This document shows, piece after piece, positions 1-9,400 of a stretch of DNA of 64,000 bases (position 1 is its first letter; each line of letters begins with the position of its first letter). A program made the position numbers and the translations under genes. This DNA comes from Trueperaceae bacterium (GTDB lineage: Bacteria; Deinococcota; Deinococci; Deinococcales; Trueperaceae), in assembly GCA_034520945.1 (NCBI GenBank), contig JAXHNB010000006.1, positions 512,001 to 576,000 on the forward strand. The letters are read 5' to 3'. The notes below the pieces were generated by a model, which ran no database searches, was not told the origin of the DNA, and saw nothing but the letters and a program-made list of their open reading frames with translations.

Positions 1-72
1 CTGGATGCGAACCACCCGCTGGCCGGCCAACCGCTCGTGTTCGACCTGACGCTGGTCGCGATCGAGGGCTGA
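1..72 (+). CDS. slyD: FKBP-type peptidyl-prolyl isomerase (SlyD-like), C-terminal fragment cut by the window edge
   Basis: Frame 1 reads LDANHPLAGQPLVFDLTLVAIEG*; DxNHPLAG is the SlyD/FkpB signature. Confidence 0.8.
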   Translation: MDANHPLAGQPLVFDLTLVAIEG

Positions 73-259
73 GCCCCGCCGGGCGGGCGCGACGCGCATC
101 GACCTGCTCGCGCCCACCCGAACGCGGATCGTTTCCATCGAGGCGGCCGCCGCCGACGCGCTTGGCCCCGCCGTATCTACCCGCGGGCCGGCTTCTCGGA
201 ACACCACCTGTACCACGACCGCACGCGCGCCTGAGCGGGCGGTTTCCGTGCCGGCGCTC

Positions 260-1273
260 TCAGTGGAAGATGCCGCCCCGGCGGCGCGCGTCCTGAAGCA
301 GGTCGGCCATGTCGAGGGCCTTGCTGGTGCCGATCACGACGCAGTCCTCCGGTTCCTCGGCCATGGCCACGGGAATGCCGGTCACGCGACTCAGCAGCGT
401 GTCCAGGTTCTTCAGGCGCGACCCCCCGCCGGTCATCACGATGCCGCGATCGATGACGTCGCTCACCAGCTCGGGCGGTGCCTGCTCCAGCACCTTGCGG
501 ACGGCGCCGGCGATCTTGTCCATCGACGTGGAGAGGGCGTCGACCACGTCGTGGGTCGTGACCCGCACCGTCTTGGGCATGCCGTCGATCAGGTCGCGGC
601 CCCGAACCTCCATCTGGCGGGGCTCCTCGCCCTCTTCCAGCGTCGCGGCGCCCACGGTGCGCTTGATCTCCTCGGCGGTGCGGTCGCCCACCAACAGGTT
701 GTGGTGGTCCTTCACCCAGCCCATGATGTCCTTGTCGAACGAGTTGCCGGCGATGCGGAGGCTCTCCGACACCACGATGCCGCCCAGGCTGATGACCGCC
801 ATGTCGGCCGTCCCGCCGCCGATGTCGACCACCATCGACCCCACCGGTTCGGCGATGTCGATGCCGGCCCCGATCGCGCCGGCCACGGGTTCTTCGATCA
901 ACAACGCCTTGCGGGCCCCGATCTCGTGCACCGCCTGGAGGACCGCGCGGCGCTCGACCTCCGTGATGCCCGCCGGGATGCACACCATGATGGTGGGCCG
1001 CAGGAAGCGGCTGGGCCCGGTCAGCACCTTGCCGATGAACGCCTTGAGCATGCGTTCGGTGAGGGTGTAGTCGGCGATCACCCCGTCCGCCATGGGCCGG
1101 ACCGCAACGATGGCGCCCGGCGTGCGGCCGAGCATCAGGTAGGCCTCGCGCCCCACCGCCTTGACGTCCATGGTGTCCTTGTGCACGGCGATCACCGCCG
1201 GCTCGCGCAAGACGATTCCACGCCCTTGGACGTGGATGCGCACGTTGGTCGTGCCGAGGTCTACGCCGATCAT
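260..1273 (-). CDS. mreB: Rod shape-determining actin homologue (MreB/Mbl)
   Basis: IGVDLGTTN, VRPMADGVIADY, VVDIGGGT and GIVMTGGG motifs; TAGCGT 6 nt upstream of ATG. Confidence 0.95.
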   Translation of the reverse strand: MIGVDLGTTNVRIHVQGRGIVLREPAVIAVHKDTMDVKAVGREAYLMLGRTPGAIVAVRPMADGVIADYTLTERMLKAFIGKVLTGPSRFLRPTIMVCIPAGITEVERRAVLQAVHEIGARKALLIEEPVAGAIGAGIDIAEPVGSMVVDIGGGTADMAVISLGGIVVSESLRIAGNSFDKDIMGWVKDHHNLLVGDRTAEEIKRTVGAATLEEGEEPRQMEVRGRDLIDGMPKTVRVTTHDVVDALSTSMDKIAGAVRKVLEQAPPELVSDVIDRGIVMTGGGSRLKNLDTLLSRVTGIPVAMAEEPEDCVVIGTSKALDMADLLQDARRRGGIFH

Positions 1274-1338
1274 CGCGTCACGCTACCAGATGGGCACACG
1301 CGCTGAATCGGGTTCCGCCTCCGTGGTACCAAGGCGTC

Positions 1339-2295
1339 ATGAAGGCGATCCGACACGATACCGGCACGCTTCGCTGGACCGATGTGCCCGACCCCGTCCC
1401 GGCCGACGGCGAAGCGTTGGTCCGCGTCCACGCCACGGCCGTGAACCGCGCCGACCTGGCCCAGGTGGCGGGCCACTACCCGCCGCCGCCGGGCGCGCCC
1501 GACATCCTGGGCCTCGAGATGGCGGGCGAGGTGGTTCGTGCCCCCGAGGGCAGCAACGTTCAGCCGGGCGACGAGGTGTGGGCGCTGCTGCCCGGCGGCG
1601 GCTACGCCCAGTACGCCGCGGTGCCCGTCCGCATGCTGGTGCCCGTCCCGGATGGCATGGGCATGGAATGGGCCGCGGCACTGCCCGAGGTGCAGCTCAC
1701 GGCGTTCCTGAACCTGTTCCTCGAGGCCGGCGTTCAGGCCGGAGAACGGGCGTTGGTCCACGGCGGTGCCAGCGGGGTGGGAACCGCCGCGCTGCAGCAG
1801 CTCCGGCGCGCGGGCGTGCACGTCGCCAGCACCTCCAGCGCCGGCAAGGTGGCACGCTGCGCCGCGCTGGGGGCGGACCCGGCCCTGTCGCGCGAGGATC
1901 CGGACTGGCCCGCCCAGTTGCGCGACGCCTGGGGCGGGGTGGACGTGATCCTCGACATGGTCGGCGGGCCGGTGGCGGAGGCCAACCTGGACCTGGCGAA
2001 CCTCTCGGCACGCTGGGTGTGGATCGCGGCCCTGGGCGGCGGGGAGGTCACGCTGCCGGTGGGCACGCTGATGCGAAAACGGCTCACCCTCAAGGGCTCG
2101 GTGCTGCGCGCGCGGCCCCTCGACGAGAAGATCGCATTGCGTGACGCGTTCGTGGCCCGGTTCGCAGCGGACCTGGCGGCCGGGCGGATCGCCCCGGTGA
2201 TCGACCGCGTGCTGGACGTGCGTCAGGCGGAGGAGGCGCACCAGGCGCTGCGGCGCAACGAGACGGTCGGCAAGGTGGTGCTGCGCGTGCCGTGA
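1339..2295 (+). CDS. NAD(P)H-quinone oxidoreductase (MDR/zeta-crystallin, PIG3-like)
   Basis: AVNRADLAQ..G.YPPPPG, LGLEMAG, VHGGASGVG and GKVVL motifs. Confidence 0.9.
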   Translation: MKAIRHDTGTLRWTDVPDPVPADGEALVRVHATAVNRADLAQVAGHYPPPPGAPDILGLEMAGEVVRAPEGSNVQPGDEVWALLPGGGYAQYAAVPVRMLVPVPDGMGMEWAAALPEVQLTAFLNLFLEAGVQAGERALVHGGASGVGTAALQQLRRAGVHVASTSSAGKVARCAALGADPALSREDPDWPAQLRDAWGGVDVILDMVGGPVAEANLDLANLSARWVWIAALGGGEVTLPVGTLMRKRLTLKGSVLRARPLDEKIALRDAFVARFAADLAAGRIAPVIDRVLDVRQAEEAHQALRRNETVGKVVLRVP

Positions 2296-2321
2296 ACGTC
2301 TCCCGCCGGTAGGCTGGGCGG

Positions 2322-3080
2322 GTGGACGACCGCCCCTTCACCCGCCTGGCCGACGTGTACGACGCCATCATGGCCGAGGTCGAGTACGACGACTGGGTCG
2401 ACTTCGTCCTGCGCGAGGCCACCCGGCGCGGATTCCGCGGCGGGCGCCTGCTGGACCTGGGCTGCGGGACCGGCAACGCGACCCTCCCCGCCCACGCGCG
2501 CGGTTTCGCCGTCGAGGGTCTGGACGCCTCCCCAACGATGATCGAGGTGGCCCGCCGCAAGCTGCCGGACGCCACGTTTCACGTCGGCGACTTCCGGCGG
2601 TTCGCGACCGGCCGCCGCTACGCGCTGGCGTACTCGGTCTTCGACGCGCTGAACAACCTGCTGAGCGAACGCGACTTCCTGGCGATGCTGGCCCGGGTGC
2701 GCGCGCACCTGCTGCCGGGCGGAACGCTGGCGTTCGACTGCAACACGCGCACCGGACTGCGCGAGCTGTGGGACGGGGGCGAGGTGGAGGGATGGGCCGG
2801 CGAGGTGTACTACCGCTGGGTGCACGCCTACGACGAGGCGCGCGAGCTGGCCAGCGTGGAGGCGTACTGCCGCACGCCGGAGGGGGCCTTCACCGAGGTG
2901 CACTACGAGCGGCCCTACGACCCGCCCGAGCTGCGGCGCATGCTGGGCGCGGCCGGCTTCACCGACGTCGAGGTGCTCCGCTACCCCGACGGCCTGGATG
3001 CCGACGAGGCCGAACCGCGCGTGTGGGTGTTCGCGCGGCGCCCGGCCGGCCGCCTGGCCCGCTGGTGGCACGGGACGTGA
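2322..3080 (+). CDS. Class I SAM-dependent methyltransferase
   Basis: LLDLGCGTG motif I, GLDASPTMI, DALNNL; GTG start 6 nt after TAGGCT. Confidence 0.9.
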   Translation: MDDRPFTRLADVYDAIMAEVEYDDWVDFVLREATRRGFRGGRLLDLGCGTGNATLPAHARGFAVEGLDASPTMIEVARRKLPDATFHVGDFRRFATGRRYALAYSVFDALNNLLSERDFLAMLARVRAHLLPGGTLAFDCNTRTGLRELWDGGEVEGWAGEVYYRWVHAYDEARELASVEAYCRTPEGAFTEVHYERPYDPPELRRMLGAAGFTDVEVLRYPDGLDADEAEPRVWVFARRPAGRLARWWHGT

Positions 3081-3090
3081 CGGCCGCGCG

Positions 3091-3981
3091 TCAGGCGCCG
3101 CCGCCGTCGTCCAGTCCGGCCGCCTCCCGCGCCACGCGCGCGATGTTGCTGACGTCCTCGTCGCCGTACCCCCGCCGGATCAGCCCGGTCTCCAACTGCT
3201 CGATCCAGGCGGCCAGCGGGACCGGCGTGCCCAGTCGGCGCGCGGTGTCCAGGGCGATGCCGAGATCCTTGCGGTGCAGGCGGGTCCGGAAGCCCAACGG
3301 GTAGCGCCCCTGGATCATGTTCGGGCCGCGGTGGGTGAGGCCCCACGACCCCGCCGCGCCCCCGGACACGGCAGAATGCGCGGCCTCCACGTCGATGCCG
3401 GACGCCATCGCCAGCGCCAGGCCCTCCGCCACGGCGGCGTAGGTGCCGGCGATGATCACCTGATTCACCGCCTTGCACACCTGCCCGGCGCCGACGTCGC
3501 CGACGCGGGTGAGCGTGCTGCCCAGGACCTCCAGCACCGGCCGGGCCCGTTCGATGGCGTCCTCGGGTCCCCCGATCATGATGGAGAGCGTGCCGTTGCG
3601 CGCCCCCTCGCTGCCGCCGGAGCACGGCGCGTCCACCATGGTGGCGTTGCGGGCGGCCACCTCGGCGGCGATGTGGCGCGTCCGTTCGGGGTCGATGGTG
3701 GACATGTCGACCAGGACGCTGCCCGCCTCGAGCCCGTCCCGGACGCCGTCCGGGCCCAGCACCACCTCGTCTACGTCGGGCGTGTCGCCCACCATGGTGA
3801 TGACCACGTCCGCGCCGCGGGCGGCGTCGCGCGGGGTTTCGGCGCGGGTGGCGCCGGCCTGGGCGAGGGGTTCCTCCTTCGCCCGCGTCCGGTTGTGCAC
3901 GCGCACCTCGAAGCCCGCCTCGATCAGGCGTCCCGCCATGGGTGCACCCATGGTGCCGAGCCCTACGAATCCGACCTTCAT
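3091..3981 (-). CDS. NAD(P)-dependent beta-hydroxyacid dehydrogenase (3-hydroxyisobutyrate dehydrogenase / tartronate semialdehyde reductase family)
   Basis: VGFVGLGTMG, DAPCSGG, GAGQVCKAVNQ (catalytic Lys), KDL motifs; SD AAAGGAGG; ATGA overlap with acuC. Confidence 0.9.
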   Translation of the reverse strand: MKVGFVGLGTMGAPMAGRLIEAGFEVRVHNRTRAKEEPLAQAGATRAETPRDAARGADVVITMVGDTPDVDEVVLGPDGVRDGLEAGSVLVDMSTIDPERTRHIAAEVAARNATMVDAPCSGGSEGARNGTLSIMIGGPEDAIERARPVLEVLGSTLTRVGDVGAGQVCKAVNQVIIAGTYAAVAEGLALAMASGIDVEAAHSAVSGGAAGSWGLTHRGPNMIQGRYPLGFRTRLHRKDLGIALDTARRLGTPVPLAAWIEQLETGLIRRGYGDEDVSNIARVAREAAGLDDGGGA

Positions 3982-5213
3982 TCGCGTCCTCCTTTCGTGG
4001 TGGGGTCCTGCGCGCCATCGCGCGCCTCCCAGATCGGCGTCAGTACCTTCACGAGCCTACGCGCGACGGCCAGGTTGTGTCCCCGGACCAGCAGCCGGCG
4101 AGGCTGCGGCGCGAAGTCGGCGGGGCCGTCCATGGACCGTTCCGGAAGCGGGGTGGGCGCCCGCTCCCGCCACGCCTCGCGCCACGAGGGCGGCGTCGAG
4201 GCCGGCACCTCCACGCCCAGCATCGCGGCGTAGACGGCCGCCCAGGCGCGGGGCGCGGTGCGCCACGCGTCGTAGCCGCCGCCGCCCGTGACCAGGAGAC
4301 GGCCCTCGCACAGTTCGTCGGCCAGCGCGACCATCCGGCGCACCGCGGCGTGCATCCCTTCGATGGTGAGGGACAGGTCGGCCAGCGGGTCGTGGCGGTG
4401 CGTGTCCACGCCGGCCTGCAGCACGATCACGTCGGGCCCAAAGGCGCGCAGCGCCGCCGGCACCACCAGGTCGAACGCCTCCAGGTACGAGGCGTCCTCG
4501 GTGAACGGTTCCAGCGGCACGTTCACCGCCGCGCCGCGCCCATGGCCCGTCCCGATCTCGTAGGCGTGCCCCGAGCCGGGGAACAGGTAGCGGCCCGACT
4601 CGTGCATGCTGAGGGTGAGCACGTCCCCGCGCTCGTAGAACGCCGCCTGGACGCCGTCGCCGTGGTGCGCGTCCAGATCCACGTACGCGACCCGCTGGCC
4701 GCGGTCGGTGGCACGCAGGATGGCGAGGACCAGGTCGTTGTAGATGCAGAACCCCGACGCGCGGTCGGGCATGGCATGGTGGAGCCCCCCCGAGAACGAG
4801 GCCGCGCGCCGCGCCGTGCCGTCCAATAGGGCGTCCATCGCGGCGATCGTGCCCCCACATACGTCGGCCACCGCCCGGTGCAGCCCCTCGGCGACCGGGG
4901 TGTCCACCGTGCCGAGTCCGAATCGGAAGGCATCGCCCACGTCCTCGCCGCGGGACACGCGCTTGACCGTGTCGACGTACTCGGGCGTGTGCGCGCGCTC
5001 CAGGTCGGCGGTCCGGACGCGCGCGGGCGCCAGCAGGGCTTCATCGGGCAGCAATCCCCACGCGCGCAGAAGCGTGGTGACCAGCTCCAGCCGGACGGGC
5101 TTGAAGGGGTGATCACTGGCGAGCTGCCACGCGGCCAGGTGGGGGGCGTACACGTAGCCGACGGCGCCCCGGCGCGCGCCGTCGCCCGTGGCGTCGGGCG
5201 GCGCCGCGCTCAC
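3978..5213 (-). CDS. acuC: Zn-dependent lysine deacetylase AcuC (HDAC family)
   Basis: HPFKPVRL, GGLHHA, SGFCIYND, DLDAHHGDG, GGGGY motifs. Confidence 0.92.
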   Translation of the reverse strand: MSAAPPDATGDGARRGAVGYVYAPHLAAWQLASDHPFKPVRLELVTTLLRAWGLLPDEALLAPARVRTADLERAHTPEYVDTVKRVSRGEDVGDAFRFGLGTVDTPVAEGLHRAVADVCGGTIAAMDALLDGTARRAASFSGGLHHAMPDRASGFCIYNDLVLAILRATDRGQRVAYVDLDAHHGDGVQAAFYERGDVLTLSMHESGRYLFPGSGHAYEIGTGHGRGAAVNVPLEPFTEDASYLEAFDLVVPAALRAFGPDVIVLQAGVDTHRHDPLADLSLTIEGMHAAVRRMVALADELCEGRLLVTGGGGYDAWRTAPRAWAAVYAAMLGVEVPASTPPSWREAWRERAPTPLPERSMDGPADFAPQPRRLLVRGHNLAVARRLVKVLTPIWEARDGAQDPTTKGGRE

Positions 5214-5851
5214 GCCGTCCCGTCGTCCTTTCGTTCCGGCGGCCAGGTGATGTCGTAGCCCGCCTCACGCAGGGCGCGGGCCAAGCCCCGGCCGTCCATG
5301 GTCCCTACCCGCAACACGAACGACACCGCGTCGGGCTCACTGCGCGTGGTCAGCACGCTGGCGACGTTCGCGCCCCGGGCGGCCACCCGGTCCAGCAGGC
5401 CCGCCAGGGCGCCCGGCCGGTTGGGGAGGTCGACCTCCAGGCGGGTCGAGGCCCGCCCCACCCCCGTCATCGCGATGAGGGCGTCCAGGAAGTCCACCCC
5501 CGTGACGATTCCGACCAGGACCTCGTCCTCCATCACCGGCATCGCGCCGATCGTGTGGGAGCGAAGCAGACTGGCGGCTTCGTCGACCGGGTCCAGCGGG
5601 TGCGCGGTCCACACCGAGCGCGTCATGATCCGGTGGACCGGATCCTTGTGGGTCACGCCCGTCTTGGCCGCCGGATGATCGGCGCCGACCGTGCGAAGGT
5701 CGCGGTCCGACACGATGCCGAGCAGCCGTTCGTTCTCCACGATCGGGAAGTGCCGCAACGCACGTTGCGCCATCAGGGCGATCACGTCGCCGATGGGCAT
5801 GTCGGGGCCGATCGCCACCACTTGGCGGGTCATGATGTCGCGCACCAGCAT
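5210..5851 (-). CDS. acuB: AcuB (tandem CBS + ACT domain protein)
   Basis: MLVRDIMT..RHFPIVE..LLGIVSDRDL CBS pair, then NRPGALAGLLD ACT motif; SD AGGAGG before ATG 5851. Confidence 0.88.
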   Translation of the reverse strand: MLVRDIMTRQVVAIGPDMPIGDVIALMAQRALRHFPIVENERLLGIVSDRDLRTVGADHPAAKTGVTHKDPVHRIMTRSVWTAHPLDPVDEAASLLRSHTIGAMPVMEDEVLVGIVTGVDFLDALIAMTGVGRASTRLEVDLPNRPGALAGLLDRVAARGANVASVLTTRSEPDAVSFVLRVGTMDGRGLARALREAGYDITWPPERKDDGTA

Positions 5852-5904
5852 GCGTCCTCCTAGGAGCGCCGCACCATACCGCGTTCGGGCGCGGCGGGGG
5901 CGGG

Positions 5905-6495
5905 TCAGTACCCGGCGGGGGGTGGCCGGGTCCGCAGGGCGTGAAAGGTCCGGACGGCGTCGGGGTCGGCGTTCGGTCCGACCCGGGCCATCAACGCGTT
6001 GGCGGCGTCCATGCGCACCTCCGGGTCGGCGGTCGGTAGGGGCACCAGCCCCACCTTGCGGTACAGCTTCTCCAGCAGCCGCTTGTAGGCGAAGGGGGTG
6101 AGGCCGGTGCGCGCCAGGTCGTAGTGCCAGGCGTACATGGTGGCGAACACGACGGCGTCGTCGAAACGCCCATCGCCGAACGCCTGCTGCAAAAGGCGTT
6201 CGGCCAGGTGCTCGCCGCGGAGGTAGGGCGCGATCTCGACCGCGCCGATCTCGACGATGTTCTCGGAGGGCAGGCGGCCCCAGGTCTCGTCGCGGCCCGG
6301 GGGATGGAAGGTGGCATACCCGACCGTATGGTCGTCTCGTTCCGCCACGAACACGTGGCCGCGGGGGTCGCGCGCGATGTCGGCCAGCGCCTCCGCCTGG
6401 TCGGCGGGTTTGCGGAACACGTCCAATGCCTCGTGCAGCGGCAACGGACGCTGACCGGACGGCAGCTCGCGGATGCGCGTGGAGGCGACGCTCAC
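5905..6495 (-). CDS. acuA: GNAT lysine acetyltransferase AcuA
   Basis: VGYATFHPP, EIGAVEIAPYLRG, YAWHYDL, DPEV..AANALMARVG parallel Bacillus AcuA motifs; GTG start overlaps upstream TGA. Confidence 0.88.
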   Translation of the reverse strand: MSVASTRIRELPSGQRPLPLHEALDVFRKPADQAEALADIARDPRGHVFVAERDDHTVGYATFHPPGRDETWGRLPSENIVEIGAVEIAPYLRGEHLAERLLQQAFGDGRFDDAVVFATMYAWHYDLARTGLTPFAYKRLLEKLYRKVGLVPLPTADPEVRMDAANALMARVGPNADPDAVRTFHALRTRPPPAGY

Positions 6496-9400
6496 GTACC
6501 TCGCACGGGTTGCGTCGCTCGGGGGACCGCCGCGCCGCCGCGCCAGCGCGTCGCGAGCAGGTCGCCGAGGCGAAGCAGGTCGTGCTCGGGCGCGCCGCGC
6601 ACGGCGCCCGGCATCGCCGGGTGCGTGAGCCAGTCGTCCCGGCCGTGCCCCTCGAGCGCATCGCCGAACGCCCGCAGCGCAGCCCGTCGCATCGCGTCGG
6701 GGAGGTCGTCGTCCAGCAGCTGCGCCAAGGCGTCGAAGGCCGCCGTGCGGTCGTCCGCGTGGGTGGCCGCGCGAAGGCCCAGCGCGTGCAGCCATGCCCG
6801 TAGCCCCGGATCGGCGCCGTGCGCGTCGACCTGCGCCAGGTACGCCCACGCTTCGTTCAGCGCGGCGCGGGCGGCCTGCGGGTCCCCGGCGCGCAGGTGC
6901 GCGGACGCCGCATGGGCGCGGTCTTCGGCGTGCTGGTAGGCGTGGGTCGAGCGCGCCGCCGCACGCGCGATCGCGTCCAGCGCGCCCTCGGGCGCGTCCA
7001 GCATCGAGGTCGCCAGGTGCGCCCGCCGTACCAGCACGTCCGGTGGGTCCAGGTCGGCGAGGTGCAGCGGCGTGCGTGCCGCCACGCGCGCCAGCAGCCG
7101 CCGGGCCGTCGCCGCGTCGCGGCCGGGCGCGGCCGCGCGACACGGTTGCGGGAACGGGGGGACCCAGGCGGTCCCCAGCGCGCGTGCGGCGTAGGCGGTC
7201 GCCAGGCGCAGCACCGCCCGGTCGATGCGGAACGCGGCGTCGACGCCGTGGGCGTCCCCGTAGGTGCGGTAGCGTTCGATGGCGCCCAGCGACGCCGCGA
7301 TCGCGGCGTCGTGCCGGCCATGGGCCAGCAGGACCATCGCATGCTCGTCGTCCACCCGGGCGCGCCAGAACCCGACCTCCACCTCGTCCTCGTCGGTATC
7401 GTCCAGGATCATTCGCGCGGCGCCGAGATCCTCGCCCGCGGCGTCCAGGCGCCCCCGGCGGCGCAGGAGCGTCGCGCGCCGCGCCAGGTAGCGCGTTCGC
7501 TCGCTCTCCAGCGCGCCGCTGCGCTCGGCCGAGCGGACCGCGCGGTCGAACGCCTCGCCCGCCTCGTGCAGCCTGCCCAGCGCCATCAGCACCTCCCCCG
7601 ACTGGAACGACAACCGGGCCTGCACCAGTTCGTCCTCCGGCTCGACGCTGCGGAACTCCCGGTAGGCGGCGACCAAGTCGCCCCGGTCCTTGTGGATCAG
7701 CCCCGCCCAGACCGCCGCCTTGGCGTGCGCCAGCCGTTCGGCGGCGCCCCGGTCGCCCAGGGCGTGCAGGCGCGGTCGCGCGTCGCGCTCGACGATGTTC
7801 GCGGCGGCGGCCAGGTCGCCCCGCCAGCGGGCGATGCTGGCCGTCACCAAGGACGCCTCCGCCTCCAGCAGCGGATCATCGAGGGCGGGCCGGTCGGCGA
7901 GTGCGGCTTCGGCGTGCTCGTACTGGCCGTGCAGCACGGCGCCCTCGGCCTCCTTGAGGCGGGCCCAGGCCCGGGGCCGGGGTCGTTCGGAGCGCGCCAG
8001 CGCCTCGAAGGCCGCGCGGGCGTCACCGTGCCGGTACGACCCGAGCGCGACGTAGTGGCTGGCCACCTGCTCGGCGACCTGCTCGAAGGTGTCCACGTCG
8101 CGGCCCGCCAACTCTTCGCAGGCGGCCGACCAGGCGCGTCGCACCAGCGTCTGCGAGACGCCGTAGCGGCGCATCCAGGCCAACAACGCCTCCCACTGGC
8201 GCGCCTCGAACAGGTGATGGACCCGCCGGGCCGCGGCCTCGCCGCCCGCGTCCGCGGTGGCCGCTTCACGCAGGCTTTCCGCGACGGCGGCGTGCAGGGC
8301 GCGGCAGCGCTCCGGCGCGCGCGTCGCCAGCCGGTCGCGGAGCGCCCGCACCAACTGCCGGGAGAAGCAGCGGTAGGCGTCGTCATTGCCGGGCGCCTTG
8401 TCGATGAAGGCCAGCTCCAGCGGGGTGAGGTCGCGGTGGTCCGGGGGCAACGCCGCGCGGAGCGTGCCCAGCTCGAACGTCGGGAACTCGGGCAGCGACA
8501 CCGTCGCCAGGGCGGCCAGGAAGTCGCGGATGCGATCGTCGCCGCCGCCCGTGACCATGTCGCCGAGGCGGGCGACCGACGCGGCCGTGCCCTCGTCGCC
8601 ATGCGGCAGTGGCGCCCGGATCTCGGCCAACAACGTCATCGTCCGGAGCTGTTCGAACGAGCGGCCCGCCCGCTGCACGATCTCCTCCTGCTGGCCGGTC
8701 GGCAGGTGGGGCAGCCGCGCCTTCACGAACCGTCGCGCCTCTCCAGTCGTGGGCGGGGCGAGCTTGATCGGCCCCTCGAAGCCGCCCGGCTGCCGGAGTG
8801 CGCGGCCGGGAAGGTCGGTCATCGATACCAGCACGCATACGGAGGGTTCATGGGAGAGCGGCTCCAGCAGCGTCGTCCACAACCACGCCGGCGCGCTGGC
8901 CCGCGGCACGTCCGGGGTGTTGAGGCGCAAGGTCGCGCCCCCCAGGTCCTCCTGGGCCTGCAGCGCCTGCGAGACGTGGAGCAGCAGGACCGGCGGCCGC
9001 TCCAGCGCCCGGGCGGCCTCCAGGATGGCCCGCGCCACGTCGGCCTGCGCGTCGGCCTGCACGGCGAACGCACCGGCGGTGCCGACCTTCGCCAGGCGCC
9101 CTTCCATCGTGGCGCGCGGCACGTGCAACGCCTCGCCCAGGCCGACCAGGCTGGCGCCCAGGTCGCCACCGCCGAACTCCGTACGTACGACGTGCACGTC
9201 GGGGGCGGGTGGAACCTGCAGCGCCTCCTGAAGGTAGTCGCTCAGCATGGTCTTGCCGGAGCCGGGGCGGCCGGTCACCAGCAGCTTGGGGCGTTCGCCC
9301 TCGCGGACCTTGCGGACGAAGGTGCGAAAGGCGCGCCGCTTCTCGCGCCCCAGAAGTTGCAGCACCTCCTGCTCCGCGCTGCCGCCAGGGGAGAGCACCA

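Noticed and set aside
5210..7143. Apparent long N-terminal extensions or fusions of AcuB (483 aa) and AcuA (412 aa)
   Set aside because: The extensions are Arg/Pro/Ala-rich off-frame translations of upstream genes; an SD at 5851 and the GTGA overlap at 6495 define the real starts
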